In this document: in pieces, positions 26,430-35,424 of the stretch
Layout: the number at the start of each line of letters is the position of its first letter
How positions within the stretch are numbered: the stretch's first letter is position 1
IMG/VR virus record: IMGVR_UViG_3300007961_000135
Coordinates: 1 to 64,000 of that record
DNA length: 64,000 nucleotides
Reading direction: 5' to 3' (one strand)
Source: a virus
Taxonomy: Duplodnaviria > Caudoviricetes
The notes under the pieces: model-generated
Seen by the model: only the letters and a program-made list of their open reading frames with translations
Database searches by the model: none
What the model was told of the DNA's origin: nothing
Program-made: the position numbers and the translations under genes

Positions 26430-27353
26430 ATGGCTCGTCGAGACCAGCCATATTTTCCGCTGTACGTGCAGGATTTTTTGACCGATGAAAAGTTAATCGA
26501 GTGCAGCGCCGAGGCCACGGGCGTGTACATACGGCTGCTCTGCATCATGCACAAGTCGCAGGAATACGGGGTAATTTTGCTCAAGCAAAAATCCAAGCAA
26601 AATTCAAGCAAACTTTTAGAATTTGCTTGGAAGCTTGCTAAACAAATGCCTTGGGACGTGGATACAATCCTTCGCGGACTGACCGAGCTTGTGGAGGAAG
26701 GGGTCGTTACCATTGAAGGAGACCGTCTTTACCAAAAAAGAATGGTAAAAGACGGTCAAATCAGCGAAAAACGGGCAAAATCGGGACAAAAAGGCGGTAA
26801 AAAGTCATTTCAAAACAGGTCCGATTCGTCTTCTTCATCATCATTTGCTTCGGGTTTTGCTTCGGATTTTGCTCAAGCAAAAATCCAAGCAAACTCTGAA
26901 AATGAAAATGAAAATCATAATAGTACTAACGTAGAAGTAGAAGGAGATAGAAAAGAGGGGTGCAGGGGGGAAGAGAAAGAGGGAACGCCCCCGGCGTCAA
27001 ATGGGCTCCTTAGCGATCCGGAGCTTGCCCGTGTTATGAGTCACTATCTTGACACCGTTGACCCTATGCCCTCCTCTACGAGCCTACAGGAGCTAAAGGA
27101 ATACACGGAACAGTTCGGCGCCGATATTGTCATTCACGCAATCGACAGAGGACGGGACATGCTTTCCCAGCGGGTGAACTGGAGCTACATAAAAGGCATC
27201 CTGCGGGGTTATGCGAGCTCGAATGTCCAAACGCTTGGCGATGTCCGCAGACAGGAGCAGGATTTTGAGGAAAGATCTGAAAGGGCGTCGGGCTCGACAG
27301 GTCAGGTATTCGTCGACATGGCAAGAGAGGCGGTTAAGAATGACAGAAAATGA
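26430..27353 (+). CDS. Phage replication initiator (DUF1376-like N-terminus, DnaD-like C-terminus)
   Basis: 'PYFPLYVQDFL...GVYIRLLC' wHTH; 'NWSYIKGILRGY' DnaD-like; internal iterons. Confidence 0.8.
   Translation: MARRDQPYFPLYVQDFLTDEKLIECSAEATGVYIRLLCIMHKSQEYGVILLKQKSKQNSSKLLEFAWKLAKQMPWDVDTILRGLTELVEEGVVTIEGDRLYQKRMVKDGQISEKRAKSGQKGGKKSFQNRSDSSSSSSFASGFASDFAQAKIQANSENENENHNSTNVEVEGDRKEGCRGEEKEGTPPASNGLLSDPELARVMSHYLDTVDPMPSSTSLQELKEYTEQFGADIVIHAIDRGRDMLSQRVNWSYIKGILRGYASSNVQTLGDVRRQEQDFEERSERASGSTGQVFVDMAREAVKNDRK
26574..26893. repeat. Origin iterons: identical 28-bp repeats plus CAAGCAAA/TTTGCTT units
   Basis: ATTTTGCTCAAGCAAAAATCCAAGCAAA at 26574-26601 and 26866-26893. Confidence 0.75.
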
Positions 27354-27879
27354 AACGCTCGTCATCATGGGAATTTTACAGTCTGCATTCCCCAGCTTTT
27401 ACAAGGGCATGGGTAAGAAAAATGCTTATTCCGTCGCTTCGCTCTGGCACCAAATGTTTGCTGACGATGACTTCCAGGATGTGCAGGCGGCCGTCAAAAT
27501 ACTCCTTGCGACCAAGACTGATGATTTTCCACCGACTATCGGTGCCGTCAAGGAGAAGCTGACGCAGTTGCACGCCGTCGGAGAAATGAGCGCCCAGGAC
27601 GCCTGGACGCTGGCCGCGAAGGCCGCTGCCGGAAATCTGAGCTGGGAGAAGTTGCCGCCCTTGGTGCAGAAAGCAATAGGTTCCCCTGCCGTTCTGCGGG
27701 AATGGGGCGTTACCGATGAAAGAGCATTCCACACCGTGATTTACAGTCAGTTTATCAAGGCTTATAAAATACAGCGGCAGCGCGAGCGAGAAATGGCAGC
27801 CATACCCGCCGAGGTGCGGGACATGCTTACGGCAATCGCTGACAAAATGTCGCTGCCGGAAAGGAGCGAACTTACATGA
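27340..27879 (+). CDS. Replicative helicase loader/inhibitor (G39P-like)
   Basis: 'MTENETLVIMGILQSAFP...LWHQMFADDDF...FPPTIGAV'; ATGA overlap with initiator. Confidence 0.75.
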   Translation: MTENETLVIMGILQSAFPSFYKGMGKKNAYSVASLWHQMFADDDFQDVQAAVKILLATKTDDFPPTIGAVKEKLTQLHAVGEMSAQDAWTLAAKAAAGNLSWEKLPPLVQKAIGSPAVLREWGVTDERAFHTVIYSQFIKAYKIQRQREREMAAIPAEVRDMLTAIADKMSLPERSELT

Positions 27880-28037
27880 GTTACCAGACATTCACAAAAT
27901 TAAGTCCGAGGGGGCGCCGCCGGGCTGTGGTGGTTATGAGCGTAGAAATAATCTTATTAGCGGTGATTTTGATTATCGCCGGTTGCCTATTAAGTCTTGG
28001 CGACTATTTCATTCAGTTACTTTTGGGTGTGGCATGA
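27876..28037 (+). CDS. Small membrane protein
   Basis: AAGGAG SD, 53 aa with a hydrophobic helix. Confidence 0.55.
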   Translation: MSYQTFTKLSPRGRRRAVVVMSVEIILLAVILIIAGCLLSLGDYFIQLLLGVA

Positions 28038-28066
28038 TTGCCGCAATTCAAGGAGGAAAAGCAAAA

Positions 28067-28672
28067 ATGACAGCAAAGATATTAGCACTGACAGCCTTAA
28101 TTTTTTTAGGCTCGCCATGGACGAAAGACGCGGACAAGCCGGTACCCGTCAATTACATCGAGAACAAGGCAATTATCGAGGCCGAGACCGCAGAATACAA
28201 AGAAAACCATTTTCGTGACGTCACGAAAATGATAGAGGCCGAACCTGTAAGCAATTCCGACATGTTCGGTGTTTCCGAACAGCTGACAGACGGCTGGAGC
28301 GAGGCCGACGTCGAAATGCTCGCCTGTGTCATTTACCAAGAGGCGGGGGCCGATTACATAGCGGACAATACCCGGTACATGGTCGGCGACGTCGTTCTCA
28401 ACCGCGTGGCGGATCCGCGCTTCCCAGACGCCCTTGAGGATGTGCTTACACAGAAAGGCCAGTATGGGCGCTTTTATTGGACAGGCATTATATGGCCGGA
28501 GCGGGCGGACAGTCCGAATGAGGCCTGCGCTGTCCAGAGAGCATACGACACAGCCCGTGCGCTGCTCTCCGGCGACCACAGCGAGCTATACGGCGCAGGG
28601 TACGTCTGGCAGGCTGAGTTCAAGCAGGGTACAGACATCATCTATGCCGACGGAATCTATTTTGGAAGGTGA
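28067..28672 (+). CDS. SleB-like cell wall hydrolase (Hydrolase_2) with N-terminal signal/anchor
   Basis: 'LACVIYQEAG...VGDVVLNRV...FPD...VLTQKGQY'; AAGGAGG SD. Confidence 0.85.
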   Translation: MTAKILALTALIFLGSPWTKDADKPVPVNYIENKAIIEAETAEYKENHFRDVTKMIEAEPVSNSDMFGVSEQLTDGWSEADVEMLACVIYQEAGADYIADNTRYMVGDVVLNRVADPRFPDALEDVLTQKGQYGRFYWTGIIWPERADSPNEACAVQRAYDTARALLSGDHSELYGAGYVWQAEFKQGTDIIYADGIYFGR

Positions 28673-28678
28673 CGCGAT

Positions 28679-29209
28679 ATGGCTGAATCGCCTGGTTGGG
28701 AAGCAGACAAAAAAGCGCTCCGCAAGTTTATGGGGCAACGCTCCCGGGCGCTGGGCAAGCAGTTTGAAGACCGGCTAACTGCCTCATTTGATTACTACGA
28801 TTATCGGGGATATGCCTCGGTGGAAAAGACACCGGAGCCGATGAAGATACTCAAGCCGCTTGACGCCGGCAGATTTATCGCATGTTTTACGAAAAAAGCC
28901 CAGGCAGACTACAGCGGTACCATGAAGGGCGGACGCCGGGTCATCTTCGAAGCCAAGTTCACGGCGATGGACAGGCTCAAACAGGAAGTTGTGGACGATA
29001 ACCAGGCAAAGTATCTGAGGAAGCACGCGGCTCTGGGAGCCCGCTGTTACGTGGTGGCTGGTTATGCCTCCGGAAATGTTTACCGGGTGCCCTGGGAGGT
29101 CTGGGACGGCATGAAAGCCCATTTCGGGCGAAAGTACGTTACCGAGGCTGATTTGACGGAATACCGCGTAAGGACATCGTGGAACGACACCCTGCTCTTA
29201 CTCGGATAA
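28679..29209 (+). CDS. recU: RecU Holliday junction resolvase
   Basis: 'GKQFE', 'KTPEP', 'DYSG', 'FEAK'. Confidence 0.85.
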   Translation: MAESPGWEADKKALRKFMGQRSRALGKQFEDRLTASFDYYDYRGYASVEKTPEPMKILKPLDAGRFIACFTKKAQADYSGTMKGGRRVIFEAKFTAMDRLKQEVVDDNQAKYLRKHAALGARCYVVAGYASGNVYRVPWEVWDGMKAHFGRKYVTEADLTEYRVRTSWNDTLLLLG

Positions 29210-29225
29210 AGAAAGGAGTAATCAC

Positions 29226-29939
29226 ATGAGCGAAATATCCAAATACGAGGCACAGGTCAAGAAAATGCAGGCGCTGTGTGAGGAACATGAGCTTGTCTAT
29301 CGCTTTGACAAGTACCGGTATCCGATGATTTTCACGATCCGGCCAACTCAGAGTGGAGGGGAACAGCTCTCTATGCTGGAAAAGGACGAGGAGGAGGCCT
29401 ATACCTCCCCGGACGCTTACATGAAGTGGCAGTTCCAGAACAACGAGCTCCGGCAGGTGGTGGACGGCGGCGCCTTTACAATCGACGTCACCCTTCGCAA
29501 GAAGATTGAGACTATTCTTCTGAAAATGATTACGTTCTGGCTCCAGTATTTCTTCCGGGACGTAATGATAAATGGCTCCCTCAGGCGCGGCATGATGCCC
29601 GTTATCAACGAGGATGACGCCGTCGCCGCCGACGAGGCGTCCGACCAGTATGACGATGACGAGGATGAAGACGACGAGCCGGAAATTGAGATTGAGGAGG
29701 ACGAGGAAGGAGGTGACGATGATGAAGAAGCGGATTCTTTGATTGAGCAGGCTACGCAAATAGTTCGGGCCGAGAATAAGGCCACGGTATCGCTTCTCCA
29801 GCGGAGAATGAACATCGGCTATGCCCAGGCGTCAAGGCTTATGGACAGGCTGGAAGACAAGGGCGTTGTCGGACCGTTCAACGGAAACGAGCCGAGGGCT
29901 GTTCTTCCCTGCGACGTCCCGGACGACGAGGCCGTATAA
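29226..29939 (+). CDS. Protein with acidic linker and C-terminal FtsK-gamma winged helix
   Basis: 'ATVSLLQRRMNIGYAQASRLMDRLEDKGVVGP' gamma-domain signature; no motor domain. Confidence 0.8.
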   Translation: MSEISKYEAQVKKMQALCEEHELVYRFDKYRYPMIFTIRPTQSGGEQLSMLEKDEEEAYTSPDAYMKWQFQNNELRQVVDGGAFTIDVTLRKKIETILLKMITFWLQYFFRDVMINGSLRRGMMPVINEDDAVAADEASDQYDDDEDEDDEPEIEIEEDEEGGDDDEEADSLIEQATQIVRAENKATVSLLQRRMNIGYAQASRLMDRLEDKGVVGPFNGNEPRAVLPCDVPDDEAV

Positions 29940-29941
29940 GG

Positions 29942-30052
29942 CAAAAGAAAAAGACCGCCTCACACGGGCGGTCTAAATCTCAGAGAAACACCATTTTTAC
30001 GGAAAGGAGCTCTCTTTACCAGAATTATATCACGGAGAAAGAGAAAAAGCAA
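29942..30052 (-). ncRNA. Putative antisense sRNA cassette 3 (promoter plus terminator, about 75 nt)
   Basis: TTGCTT (30047-30052)-17 bp-TATAAT (30024-30029); AGACCGCC/GGCGGTCT hairpin (29952-29974) then TTTTCTTTT on the minus strand. Confidence 0.55.
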
Positions 30053-30054
30053 GA

Positions 30055-30414
30055 ATGAGTATTTTAGAAGACACAATCCGAAAGATTGAGGCTCAGCAAC
30101 CGAAGGAGCACTCGACGGTGTGGTGCTGTGGGGAGCAGTTAAAAGATATACTGCGCGATAATCCCAGCCTCGCCGAGCTTGTGTCTCGTGATTTAGAGAA
30201 CAAAAGCATGAGCATTGTCGAATGCGAGAAGAAAATCAAGGCGCGATCCGATGAGATTCATAAAAAAGCAGGAGGAATGAGCTGCGGTGTCTCGCCTTTG
30301 GAGGCCGAGGACATCATTCGGAAGTTTTACGGGCTCCCGGAGCGTGGCGAGAAAAGAAAGAATTACCATTCGAACGAGTCAGGGGAGGTGGTCAATCTTG
30401 CCGACTTCTTTTGA
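30055..30414 (+). CDS. PcfK-like hypothetical protein
   Basis: Precedes PcfJ; ends 'VVNLADFF'. Confidence 0.65.
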   Translation: MSILEDTIRKIEAQQPKEHSTVWCCGEQLKDILRDNPSLAELVSRDLENKSMSIVECEKKIKARSDEIHKKAGGMSCGVSPLEAEDIIRKFYGLPERGEKRKNYHSNESGEVVNLADFF

Positions 30415-32059
30415 TTATTCAAAGCTTTTGCCGGACATAGCACCCCAGTATCTTCGGGACTGGGCGGAGGCCAGACGGTGGAAAAATCACGCGCTTATTT
30501 GGCGCGTCGTGTGGGAGAGAGAACCTATAACAGGCATTAAACATCGCTGCGCCGAAGCGTTCTGTACAGCCTGCGGAAAGAAATTGCTGTTGGATTATGT
30601 GCCTGGCGGCACCTGCAACGGAAGCGGATATTCACCGAGCCTCTTTATAAAATGCGGGATTGTTCACAACTGGAGCTATACATTTTGCCCGGAGTGCGGT
30701 GCGGAAGTTCGCAGTGAACACGTCACCGGCGCGACTGGTTATGCAGGTGAATACTGTTATCCCATGACGCTGCACCATGTAGATATGAAAGAAAAATCCA
30801 ATCGTCTGGCAATGATTTTCTGGCAAGTTGAGAAACAACATAGAAAAGACGGGCGACGAACAATCAGCATCATGCCTTGGGAGGCGTACATCGTTGAGGA
30901 AAAAGGAATCGTCCGCTGCACACATCACGGGTCGTGTATGTACAGCGATTATAGTTTAGGTTTTTGGCGTCAGACTGTAAAATTTACAGACACGATAAAA
31001 GACATCTATTGGACCGTATGTCCTGAAGGGATTGCGGCGGCAACGGCAGGCACAACGGCAGAAAACAGTAAGCTGGAGCTCTATATGGAGGACAGCAGAA
31101 TCTGCTTCCCGGTAAGTTGGGTACGCCTCTGGCAAAAACACAAAAATGCGGAAAACCTTCTTACCTGCGGTGCCCGCGGAATCGTCTCTAATCTGATTGG
31201 GCAGGAAAAAGCGGAAAGCAAAAGAGGATATAGAGAGAGTTATGGTTGCGCGATCCCGACGCTAAAATGCCTGAATTGGAAAGAGACTCGCCCGGGGCGA
31301 ATGCTGGCTATGGAGCGAGCGGAGCTTCGGGAGGCTATCGCCATGCAGAAGCGGTTGAACTTGGGTGGACAGACATGGGAAATATGGCTTAAAGCACGGA
31401 GGGCAGGCCACCCTTGGACGCTGGAAGACGCGGCAGCTCTGGAAACGCTGGAGAGAAAGGATCGGTTCGTTGATTGCCCAGAGAGGCCGGAGCGGATTGC
31501 ACACTATCTCACAGTCCAACGCCGGCGCTGGAAGAACGACAAGCCTGATGAAAGCATGCTTCTCGACTATTGGGATATGCTTCGTAAGCACAAACCCGGG
31601 GTGTGGACCACAGAGGAGCGCTGGCCAGAGAGACTTAAAAGGGAGCATGATCGCTTTGTAAAAAAAGCAAAAGCCGAAGCAAACAGAGAGCGAGACGCAA
31701 AAATTGCGATACGGGCCAAGACGCTTGATGAATGGGAGTTCCACTACGGTGGCCTTTTGATAATTCCACCGAGAAACACAGAGGATTTCACCGCAGAAGG
31801 CTCCAGGCTTCATCATTGTGTAGAGGGCTATTCAGAACGGCACGCAGCGGGTAAAACGACTATTATGTTTATCCGTAAAGAAAGCGCACCCGACACTCCT
31901 TTCTTCACGCTGGAGTGGGACGATAAGCGCGGGTGTGTCCTACAGAACAGAGGAAACAGGAACTGTGACCGGACTCCGGAGGTTACAGCGTTTGAAAAAA
32001 AGTGGGTGGCGTGGATGTTGTCCGGCCGCCCGAAATTCAAGGAGGCTAAAACAGCATGA
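30398..32059 (+). CDS. PcfJ domain protein
   Basis: 'LLDYWDML...WPERLKREHD', 'EGSRLHHCVEGY', 'IMFIRKESAPDTPFFTLE'; TTG start with GGAGGTG SD. Confidence 0.85.
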   Translation: MPTSFDYSKLLPDIAPQYLRDWAEARRWKNHALIWRVVWEREPITGIKHRCAEAFCTACGKKLLLDYVPGGTCNGSGYSPSLFIKCGIVHNWSYTFCPECGAEVRSEHVTGATGYAGEYCYPMTLHHVDMKEKSNRLAMIFWQVEKQHRKDGRRTISIMPWEAYIVEEKGIVRCTHHGSCMYSDYSLGFWRQTVKFTDTIKDIYWTVCPEGIAAATAGTTAENSKLELYMEDSRICFPVSWVRLWQKHKNAENLLTCGARGIVSNLIGQEKAESKRGYRESYGCAIPTLKCLNWKETRPGRMLAMERAELREAIAMQKRLNLGGQTWEIWLKARRAGHPWTLEDAAALETLERKDRFVDCPERPERIAHYLTVQRRRWKNDKPDESMLLDYWDMLRKHKPGVWTTEERWPERLKREHDRFVKKAKAEANRERDAKIAIRAKTLDEWEFHYGGLLIIPPRNTEDFTAEGSRLHHCVEGYSERHAAGKTTIMFIRKESAPDTPFFTLEWDDKRGCVLQNRGNRNCDRTPEVTAFEKKWVAWMLSGRPKFKEAKTA

Positions 32060-33012
32060 ACGAGACTACCAGTAAGAACCCCCAGGAGGCCATTGCGGCC
32101 CCTTCCGTATCTGTGTTAGACAAGACCAGAACACTTGAAATAATCGCCGGGGAGATCCGCACCTTCACCGCGTCCATGCTCAATAACATTATCGAGATCG
32201 GGCGGCGTATGTGCGAGGCCAAAGAAATGCTCCCCTACGGGAAGTTTGGAGACTGGATAGAGGAAAACACCGGTTATTCCCGCTCTACGGCAAACAATTA
32301 CATGAGGGTCTTCCAGGAGTACGGCACCCGGCAGGGCAGCCTTTTCGGGGCTACTGTCGAGAATGACCAAGCGTTTGGAAAACTCACCTACACCAAGGCG
32401 CTGGCGCTCCTGGACGTACCGGCGGAGGAGCGCGAGGCTTTTGTTGCAGACCATGACGTCGAGAACATGTCCACCCGGGAGCTTCAGGCCGCTATCGCTG
32501 AGAGGGACAAGGCTTTGGAGAAAGAGAATAAAGCCCTCAAGAAGCAGCTCGCAGAGCTTGAGAAGCGCCCTGTGGAGGTGGTGCAGGAACAGGAGGCCGT
32601 CGATAAGGCTGTGGCCGAGGCGGTCAAAAAGGTCAATGACGCCCACATCGCCGAGCTTGAAAAAGTCAAGTCCGCCGAGGAGAAAAAGCGGAAGTCATTG
32701 GAAAAGAAGGTAGAGGCCGCAGAGAAAGCGGCCAAGGCAGCAGAGGAGAAGGCATCGGTGGCGGGCAAGACTGCCGACGGTGAGGCCGAAAACCTCCGTG
32801 CAGAGGCCAAAAAGCTTCAAGAGGAGGCGGATAACCTTCGCCGAGAGCTGGCCTTGAGCGGCGAGGCGGCAGTAACCTTTAAGACCCACTTCGCCCTTTG
32901 GCAGCAGGAATACAGGAGTATGACGGAAGCCTTGAAGCGTGCCGATGAAGAGACTGCCGGCAAATTCAGGGCAGCTATAAACGCCCAAATGGAGGGCTGG
33001 AAAAATGGCTGA
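32056..33012 (+). CDS. DUF3102 domain protein
   Basis: 'IIEIGRRMCEAKEMLPYGKFGDWI...YSRSTANNYMR', 'MSTRELQ'. Confidence 0.8.
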   Translation: MNETTSKNPQEAIAAPSVSVLDKTRTLEIIAGEIRTFTASMLNNIIEIGRRMCEAKEMLPYGKFGDWIEENTGYSRSTANNYMRVFQEYGTRQGSLFGATVENDQAFGKLTYTKALALLDVPAEEREAFVADHDVENMSTRELQAAIAERDKALEKENKALKKQLAELEKRPVEVVQEQEAVDKAVAEAVKKVNDAHIAELEKVKSAEEKKRKSLEKKVEAAEKAAKAAEEKASVAGKTADGEAENLRAEAKKLQEEADNLRRELALSGEAAVTFKTHFALWQQEYRSMTEALKRADEETAGKFRAAINAQMEGWKNG

Positions 33013-33247
33013 AAACAGAATCCTCCTCTGGTCGAGAGACCCGAAGGACACCGACGGGTATATCTGTATGCCGACGAAAGAGCATATCCCAAAGGGACGT
33101 CCCAACTGGACGCCTGATACTTGCCCGAAATGCGGCGCCGCCTGTTGGCGGCGCCCCGGGCAGGAGGAAATGGAAAAGAGCGGCGCCGTTGCCCTGTGTA
33201 CAGGCTGCGCCTTGAAAATGATTCACGTGGCAGGTGGTGTAGCGTGA
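33005..33247 (+). CDS. Small Zn-binding hypothetical protein
   Basis: CPKC...CTGC; overlapping stop and start. Confidence 0.65.
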   Translation: MAENRILLWSRDPKDTDGYICMPTKEHIPKGRPNWTPDTCPKCGAACWRRPGQEEMEKSGAVALCTGCALKMIHVAGGVA

Positions 33248-33456
33248 ACACGCCAAACTGCGCCAGTTGTTCCGAAACCGTAAGGGAACCTTTTCCGCAT
33301 ATGATTGTTGCCCTTCGGTGCTATCACCCGAAGGCGGGACCGTGGCGAGGCCGAACTACACATCTTCTGAAAAAGGATTACGACAGCCCAAAGACTACCA
33401 CTCCGGCGCCGTCATGGTGTCCGAGAATTGTCGAGGAGGTATCGCACAGGTTATGA
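33244..33456 (+). CDS. Small Cys-containing hypothetical protein
   Basis: GTG start after GGTGG, 'CASC'. Confidence 0.5.
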   Translation: MNTPNCASCSETVREPFPHMIVALRCYHPKAGPWRGRTTHLLKKDYDSPKTTTPAPSWCPRIVEEVSHRL

Positions 33457-33647
33457 GTAATCATTCAGTTTATAAAGGCAAACAGCCTCGGCGCGTTCCG
33501 GGTCTACGCTATGAGACCTGCAACGAATGCGGCCTTGAGTGGAATGTATCAAAGCTTCGCGAGGGCGGGCGCTATGTCTGTCCCTGGTGCGGGGAGAAAG
33601 AAATGGGAGGAAGAAAAAATGCCAAAATGCAAAGGATGTGGCGCTGA
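33453..33647 (+). CDS. Small Zn-ribbon protein
   Basis: CNEC...CPWC; GAGGAGG SD. Confidence 0.6.
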   Translation: MSNHSVYKGKQPRRVPGLRYETCNECGLEWNVSKLREGGRYVCPWCGEKEMGGRKNAKMQRMWR

Positions 33648-33870
33648 AATCATCTGGATCGGGACGCTGGGCGGAAAGTCAATACCTTGCGATCCGCAGC
33701 CGGTCGCATACTGGGAGAAACCCAAAGCTAAGGGTAAGATTGTAACGAAGAACGGCATGGTCCTCAGCTGTGAGTTCTCCGGAGATTTGAATAAGGCTAC
33801 CGGTATTGGCTATATATCCCATTGGAGCACCTGTCCCAAAGCAAATGATTTTAAGAGAAAGAGGGTTTAA
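33619..33870 (+). CDS. Small Zn-binding phage protein
   Basis: 'CKGCGAEIIW...PCD...SHWSTCP'; GGAGG SD. Confidence 0.75.
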   Translation: MPKCKGCGAEIIWIGTLGGKSIPCDPQPVAYWEKPKAKGKIVTKNGMVLSCEFSGDLNKATGIGYISHWSTCPKANDFKRKRV

Positions 33871-33872
33871 AC

Positions 33873-34112
33873 ATGAAAGAAGAAATCTATGCAATATTCT
33901 GCGTCTATGCGGCAAGCCGTGCGTAGGTTTTTTGTTCATAAGCTCATGTGTAGGGCTGCTATAAGGCATTCAGGAAGGAAACCGGCTTCTCGGGAGAGGA
34001 GATCACCTGGATTGAATGTGACGAGGCGGAAAAGGCGTTCTGTATCGAAGCTCGTCCGAAAGAGCCTCTGAAACCTGTCAGCACAGAGATTCTGATTGAA
34101 AAGGGGGACTGA
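33873..34112 (+). pseudogene. Small Zn-finger gene disrupted by three clustered single-base deletions (or assembly errors)
   Basis: Adding one base at TAT^GC, T6 and G3 gives MKEEIYAIFCVYCGKPCVGFFVHKLMCRGCYKAFRKE...IEKGD*. Confidence 0.55.
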
Positions 34113-34116
34113 CGCT

Positions 34117-34317
34117 ATGCTTCTGTCAGGAGATATCCCAGACTACTGGCGACCTGCAGAGCGATTTATCGGGCGGTGCGTTCAATGTGGCAGAGAAATG
34201 ATGAAAAAGAACATGGTTACTCTTCTTGCAAGGGAATACGGCAGAAACCCGCGCACACTCGGTCATTATTGCCCGGAATGCTGGGCGAGATTCATCGAAG
34301 AGAGGGGTGTTGGATAA
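34117..34317 (+). CDS. Small Zn-binding protein
   Basis: CVQC...CPEC; AAGGGGG SD. Confidence 0.65.
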   Translation: MLLSGDIPDYWRPAERFIGRCVQCGREMMKKNMVTLLAREYGRNPRTLGHYCPECWARFIEERGVG

Positions 34318-34662
34318 ATGATGAAGATAAAAATCTGCGAGAGGTGCGGGAAAGCCTTCAATGCAAATTCCGGCCACCAGATACGATGTCAGGAATGCAT
34401 AATAAGGCACCAAAAAGAATACCACGCCCGGTATTATCTTCAGAACAAAGCGAATTTTACTCACATCGCTGTCGAGAGTGAGACAAAACGGAAGGCCAAG
34501 AACCCCGAAAACGCCGGGTTGACACTTGCACAGGTGCAGCTCCGGGCTCGGGAGTTGGGGCTTACATACGGTCGTTATATGCTGCTTGTGCAGACAGACG
34601 GTCTGGAAGATTATATCAAGAACAGGAGGATTGAAAATGAGAATACTCAAGGAATTACTTAA
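34318..34662 (+). CDS. Zn-ribbon plus helical hypothetical protein
   Basis: CERC...CQEC; 'ARELGLTYGRY'. Confidence 0.7.
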   Translation: MMKIKICERCGKAFNANSGHQIRCQECIIRHQKEYHARYYLQNKANFTHIAVESETKRKAKNPENAGLTLAQVQLRARELGLTYGRYMLLVQTDGLEDYIKNRRIENENTQGIT

Positions 34663-34867
34663 CCATAACAATTTTAGCCTTCTCGAAATAATATTAGTCA
34701 TCGTTTGTGACGTCGTTAGTATTGCGGTGAGCTTTTTCGCTACGGCGGGGCTCTTGTGGGTGATTTGCTGGGCGTTTAACCTTGCGTGGTGGAGTTGGAA
34801 GATAAGCCTCGGAGTGTGGGTTGCCTTATTAATTCTCTCTTCCACGTTTAAGGTCGTAGTGAAATAG
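34637..34867 (+). CDS. Small two-helix membrane protein
   Basis: AGGAGG SD; hydrophobic, 76 aa. Confidence 0.65.
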   Translation: MRILKELLNHNNFSLLEIILVIVCDVVSIAVSFFATAGLLWVICWAFNLAWWSWKISLGVWVALLILSSTFKVVVK

Positions 34868-34881
34868 TGAGAGGTGCAGAC

Positions 34882-35424
34882 ATGGATAGACTGACTATCA
34901 GAGCGAACGACGGAAGGGCTCTTTTGGCGCCAAATCTCCAGAACAAGTACGGTGCACATGAAACTATCATCAGCCAGCTCGTAAGACGCCTCGCATCCTA
35001 TGAGGACACCGGCATTTCTCCGGAAGATCTAAATGAGGCGAAGGAGGTTATAAGCTCAGAATCTTACGAGGCGGCAAAAATCATTGACCATGTCTGCTGT
35101 AAGCGTAGACGAGTGCTTGATATTGCCAGAGCCGAACTGGAAGGAAGATTGAAAATCCTTCCGGCCAGGTGGGGGGCGATAGTGTACGAGGTCTATTATG
35201 ACTGCGGTATTTGTGGCTATCTGGCTGCCTGTCCTTATGTGATAGAGCGTAGAGAATGTTACAGGAAGAAGGTCGCTATTCGGGAAGTAGCATTTGATCG
35301 CTATGATCTGCTTAACGAGAATAACCCCGAACGGTTTAGACCGGGCGTTTTCCGCACTCTTGAGGAGGCGAGAATAGCGAGAATGTTTGCAGAGGATATG
35401 TACAGGAGGGAAAAAGATGGCTGA
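34882..35424 (+). CDS. Hypothetical phage protein (MDRLT family)
   Basis: 'MDRLT...RLASYEDTGISPE...GRLKILP'. Confidence 0.7.
   Translation: MDRLTIRANDGRALLAPNLQNKYGAHETIISQLVRRLASYEDTGISPEDLNEAKEVISSESYEAAKIIDHVCCKRRRVLDIARAELEGRLKILPARWGAIVYEVYYDCGICGYLAACPYVIERRECYRKKVAIREVAFDRYDLLNENNPERFRPGVFRTLEEARIARMFAEDMYRREKDG

Noticed and set aside
29640-29730. GAY/GAR-rich repeat as a DNA-level element
   Set aside because: Explained by the Asp/Glu linker of the FtsK-gamma protein.
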